The notes under the pieces were generated by a model. The model saw only the letters and a list, made by a program, of their open reading frames with translations, did not search any database and was not told the origin of the DNA. Made by a program: the position numbers and the translations under genes. Of a DNA stretch of 64,000 bases, positions 60,695 to 64,000 are shown piece by piece. Source of the DNA: Arcobacteraceae bacterium (GTDB lineage: Bacteria > Campylobacterota > Campylobacteria > Campylobacterales > Arcobacteraceae); contig OY759974.1 in assembly GCA_963662945.1 (NCBI GenBank), forward strand, positions 1,984,001-2,048,000. Reading direction: 5' to 3'. Position 1 is the stretch's first letter. The number at the start of each line of letters is the position of its first letter.

Positions 60695-60702
60695 TTCTTG
60701 AA
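60675..60702. terminator. hairpin formed by overlapping convergent gene ends
   Basis: TTCAAGAATCA-attcta-TGATTCTTGAA perfect 11-bp stem. Confidence 0.55.
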
Positions 60703-61738
60703 ATTGGTTATAAATCTCTTTGATTGCATCAATGTGTTCAACAAATAAAAGAACAAGTTTAGGGTCAAAATGTTCACCACTCTCTTTTTGAAGTAGGTCT
60801 AAAGCTTCGTCAAAACTCCAAGCTTTTTTATAAGGTCTTATAGAAACTAAAGCATCAAAAACATCAGCAATTGCTACAATTCTCCCCTCAATTGGGATAC
60901 TTTCCCCTTTTAAGTTATTTGGATACCCTTTACCATTGTATTTTTCATGATGAGTTAAAGCTATTAAAGCACCCATTTTAAGATATTTACTTTTTGTTTC
61001 TTTTAAAATAGAATAACCAATTTGAGCATGAGTTTTCATTATTTCAAATTCATCATCTGTGAGTTTTGCAGGTTTTAATAAAATATTATCAGCAATACCC
61101 ACTTTCCCAATATCATGAAATGGAGAAGCATAATAAATAGTATCTTGTATCTCAACACTCAGTCCATAAGCTTTAGCTAAAATTTTAGAGTAGTTTGCAA
61201 CTCTTGCAACATGTGAGGCTGTTTCTGGATCTTTATATTCAGCGGTTCTTCCTAAAACTATCAAAGACTCATGTTCCCTATTGATGAGTTCCTGAGTTGC
61301 TTTTTCTACCTCTTTTTGTAATAATTTTGCTTTATCTTCAACAAGGAGTTGTGCTTCTCTAAGTTTTAGTAAATTTTGAGTTCTTAATGTAAATTCACTT
61401 AAATCTAAAGGTTTATTTAAAAAGTCTGTTGCTCCAGCTTTTAGTGCATCAAGTTTTATGTCTTCTCCAGCAGCCGTAATCATAATAATAGGTGTAGAGA
61501 TATTTGTTTCTCTAAATTTTTTTATAAGTTCTAATCCATTGAGTTTTGGCATCATATAGTCAACAAAAATAATATCAATATCATTGTGGAGTATAAAATC
61601 TAATGCTTGTTGAGAATCAGAAAAGTTTTTTACATTTAAGTCAATGTGATTTGCATAAGCTTCTAAAAGCATTAAGTTTTGTTCACTATCATCGATTGAA
61701 ACAGCAAGAGTGTTTGTATACATATTTAAATCCTTCAA
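60689..61738 (-). CDS. REC-HD-GYP response regulator (RpfG-like c-di-GMP phosphodiesterase)
   Basis: IDD, VDYMMP receiver; HDIGK, HHEKYNGKGYP, ADVFDAL..RPYK. Confidence 0.93.
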   Translation of the reverse strand: MKDLNMYTNTLAVSIDDSEQNLMLLEAYANHIDLNVKNFSDSQQALDFILHNDIDIIFVDYMMPKLNGLELIKKFRETNISTPIIMITAAGEDIKLDALKAGATDFLNKPLDLSEFTLRTQNLLKLREAQLLVEDKAKLLQKEVEKATQELINREHESLIVLGRTAEYKDPETASHVARVANYSKILAKAYGLSVEIQDTIYYASPFHDIGKVGIADNILLKPAKLTDDEFEIMKTHAQIGYSILKETKSKYLKMGALIALTHHEKYNGKGYPNNLKGESIPIEGRIVAIADVFDALVSIRPYKKAWSFDEALDLLQKESGEHFDPKLVLLFVEHIDAIKEIYNQFQES

Positions 61739-61871
61739 TTATGAAAACATTTTAACAAAAATTTCTATCACTATCTCTTAAATCTTTATTATTAAATTTG
61801 TACTTTCAGATTCTCTTAGTTGTTTTTGGATATAATCCTTAAAAATTTACAGCTATACACTTAGGAAAGTT

Positions 61872-62501
61872 TTGGAAAATATTAATCTATTTGATGTCAT
61901 TGTTTTATCGTTAGTAGTAATCCTTGGGTTAAAAGGACTTTTTAGAGGATTAACTAAAGAGTTATTCGGACTTATTGGTATCGTAGGTGGAGTGTTTATA
62001 GCTTCGAGACTTGCAAAAACTACTGGTGAGATAGTAAATGGTATTATCCCTGTTGATAATGAAAGTACAATATTACTTATTGGTTTTATCGTTACATTAG
62101 TTCTTTTTTGGATTATCGCTTACATCTTAGGGATGGTGTTAGAGAAAGTATTTAGTGCTAGTGGATTAGGTGTTTTTGATAGATTACTAGGTTTCTTGTT
62201 TGGTGCTGGAAAGATATTTTTATTATTTTCAATTATTGCTTATGCAACATCACAAGTTAAAATGATAAATGATAATATCCAACCGAAATTACAAGATAGT
62301 ATAGTTTTTCCACTTTTATCAGCAACAGGAAGTTATATAATTAAGTTAGATACTTCTAATCTTCAAGCAAAAGTTACAGATAAGTTTGACAAAGCTGTAA
62401 AAACAGCTCAAGATTCACTTCAAGAGTTATCAAAAGAAGAACTAGAAAAAAAAGCAAATGAATTGAAAAAACAGTTAGAGGAAACAACAAGTGGAAACTG
62501 A
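61872..62501 (+). CDS. cvpA: CvpA family membrane protein
   Basis: D.I.L......G..RG..KE, DRLLG..FG; upstream of fur-lysS as in Campylobacter. Confidence 0.85.
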   Translation: MENINLFDVIVLSLVVILGLKGLFRGLTKELFGLIGIVGGVFIASRLAKTTGEIVNGIIPVDNESTILLIGFIVTLVLFWIIAYILGMVLEKVFSASGLGVFDRLLGFLFGAGKIFLLFSIIAYATSQVKMINDNIQPKLQDSIVFPLLSATGSYIIKLDTSNLQAKVTDKFDKAVKTAQDSLQELSKEELEKKANELKKQLEETTSGN

Positions 62502-62937
62502 TAATACTGTATTAGAAGATTTAAAAGTTGTTTTAAAAGATAAAGGTATGAAATACACAGAGCAACGCGCTGTGATATTACAAATACTTTTAAATATTGA
62601 TGACCATCTTAATGCTGAAGAGGTACATCGAATCGTAAAAGAAAAATATCCTAAACAAAATATAGGTATTGCAACTGTTTACAGAACTTTAAATTTTCTA
62701 GAAGATGTAAATCTTATCTCATCAATCTCATTTGGAAAAGATGGAAAAAAATATGAAGGTAATGTTAAAAGAGAACATCATGACCATATTATTTGTACAT
62801 CTTGTGGCAAGATAGTTGAATTTATAGATGAAAGTATTGAAAAGAGGCAAGAAGATATTGCTTCTCAGAATGGATTTAAAATCACAGATCACACTATGCA
62901 AATATATGGTATTTGTCAAAAGTGCCAAAATAATTAA
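62491..62937 (+). CDS. fur: ferric uptake regulator family
   Basis: YTEQR, HLNAEE, ATVYRTL, HHDHIIC..CG, YGICQKC. Confidence 0.9.
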   Translation: METDNTVLEDLKVVLKDKGMKYTEQRAVILQILLNIDDHLNAEEVHRIVKEKYPKQNIGIATVYRTLNFLEDVNLISSISFGKDGKKYEGNVKREHHDHIICTSCGKIVEFIDESIEKRQEDIASQNGFKITDHTMQIYGICQKCQNN

Positions 62938-62960
62938 AAAATTAAAAGGAAAGTTAAAAA

Positions 62961-64000
62961 TTGTTTGAAAATAAATACATACAACAAAGAATAGAAAAAG
63001 CAAACACGTTAAGAGCAGCTGGTATCAATCCATATTGTAATGAATCAAAAAGAAACACAACTATAGAAAAATTTCTTAATGTTAATAGTGATATAGAACA
63101 TAAAGAAAATAAAAGAGATGAACATAGAATCTATACTGTATCTGGAAGAATTAAATTTTTCAGACTTATGGGAAAAGCAAGTTTTATCAAAATAGAAGAT
63201 GAGAGTGGAATTTTACAAGCATATATAACAAGAGATAATCTTCCTGAGGGCTTTTATAATGATGTATTTAAGAAACTTATTGAAGTTGGTGATATAGTTG
63301 AAATTGTTGGATATCCATTTGTAACAGGACATGGTGAGTTATCACTGCATGCAACATCTATTAAAATATTAACAAAAGCTATCTCTCCATTACCTGAAAA
63401 ATATCATGGAATACAAGATAAAGAGTTAAGATATAGACAAAGATATCTTGACCTTATTATGAATAGTGAAGTGAAAAAAACATTTCATATTAGAAGTAAA
63501 GTGATATCTCTTACAAGAAGATTCTTTGAAGATAAAGGGTTTTTAGAAGTAGAAACACCTATGATGCACCCAATAGCAGGTGGGGCAAATGCAAAACCAT
63601 TTGTAACACACCATAATGCACTTGGAGTTGATAGATTTCTAAGAATTGCGCCAGAGTTATATTTAAAAAGATTGATTGTAGGTGGTTTTGAAGCAGTTTT
63701 TGAGATTAATAGAAACTTTAGAAATGAAGGTATGGATGCTACACATAATCCTGAGTTTACTTCTATTGAATTTTATTGGGCATATAAAACATACAAAGAT
63801 TTAATTGCAATTACAAAAGAGTATTTTGAGTATCTGTTTGATCATTTAAATTTACCTACAATTTTACCTTATGGTGATTTGGAAGTTGATTTTTCAAAAT
63901 TTACAGAGATTCCACTTATTCAGTCTTTGACAGATATTGGTGGAGTTCCAGCAGATGTTGCTATTGATAAAAGCAAAGCAATAGCATATTTGAAAAAAGA
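62961..64000 (+). CDS. lysS: lysine--tRNA ligase, 5' part; runs off window end
   Basis: Not in ORF track. TTG 62961 after AGGA; MGKASF, PLPEKYHG, RYRQRYLDL, EVETPM, GGANAKPF.THHNA, LRIAPELYLKRL, RNFRNEG, HNPEFT. Confidence 0.96.
   Translation, partial: MFENKYIQQRIEKANTLRAAGINPYCNESKRNTTIEKFLNVNSDIEHKENKRDEHRIYTVSGRIKFFRLMGKASFIKIEDESGILQAYITRDNLPEGFYNDVFKKLIEVGDIVEIVGYPFVTGHGELSLHATSIKILTKAISPLPEKYHGIQDKELRYRQRYLDLIMNSEVKKTFHIRSKVISLTRRFFEDKGFLEVETPMMHPIAGGANAKPFVTHHNALGVDRFLRIAPELYLKRLIVGGFEAVFEINRNFRNEGMDATHNPEFTSIEFYWAYKTYKDLIAITKEYFEYLFDHLNLPTILPYGDLEVDFSKFTEIPLIQSLTDIGGVPADVAIDKSKAIAYLKK

Noticed and set aside
921-63003. Short ORFs in the track that overlap long genes (e.g. 921-1193, 1147-1404, 4856-5110, 11492-11944, 27681-27872, 32920-33156, 50567-50944, 62728-63003)
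   Set aside because: Antisense or alternate-frame shadows of well-supported genes, with no recognisable motifs
1-64000. Prophage, integrase, transposase, defence system, rRNA/tRNA, or the PhoB/PhoR regulator itself
   Set aside because: No such ORFs or RNA signatures were recognised; none of the receiver proteins here has a winged-helix output domain

Overview
AT-rich bacterial DNA from a Campylobacterota genome, probably Arcobacteraceae or a relative; the cvpA-fur-lysS order at the right end and the Cj0069-family and CetAB-like genes support this. About 10.8-49.3 kb is a carbon-storage and carbon-catabolism cluster. It has glgA, a short glgP, three GH57 enzymes, DUF4912, a GalT-like protein, a nucleotidyltransferase-mutase fusion, a ROK kinase, pgm, pfkA, fbaA, gap, pgk, eno, two pyruvate kinases, and a single-chain PFOR with a DHODH-like partner. 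No canonical glgC or GH13 glgB/glgX is present in the window. The cluster is flanked by phosphate-starvation genes (pstS, an olsF-like ornithine-lipid synthase) and by many signalling genes: three PhnD-like binding protein + histidine kinase pairs, c-di-GMP enzymes and a CZB chemoreceptor. The main finding read from the DNA is one promoter architecture, GTAAYY-N5-GT(A/T)AYH-N9-TANNNT, in front of 13 transcription units. This is Pho-box geometry, and it covers pstS, olsF, glgP, two GH57 units, PFOR, gap and fba, which suggests a single phosphate-starvation regulon covering glycogen turnover and glycolysis. Several proteins have intact ORFs but replaced catalytic residues: GlgP lacks the PLP lysine, the FBPase homolog lacks its active-site motifs, the mutase domain of the fusion looks dead, and the DHODH-like protein lacks the catalytic Cys. 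Other notable elements are a 170-bp MITE-like inverted repeat and an XRE-like regulator / histone-H1-like gene pair with palindromic operators. No rRNA, tRNA, CRISPR array or transposase was seen. All protein calls come from motif recognition by eye, not from database searches.
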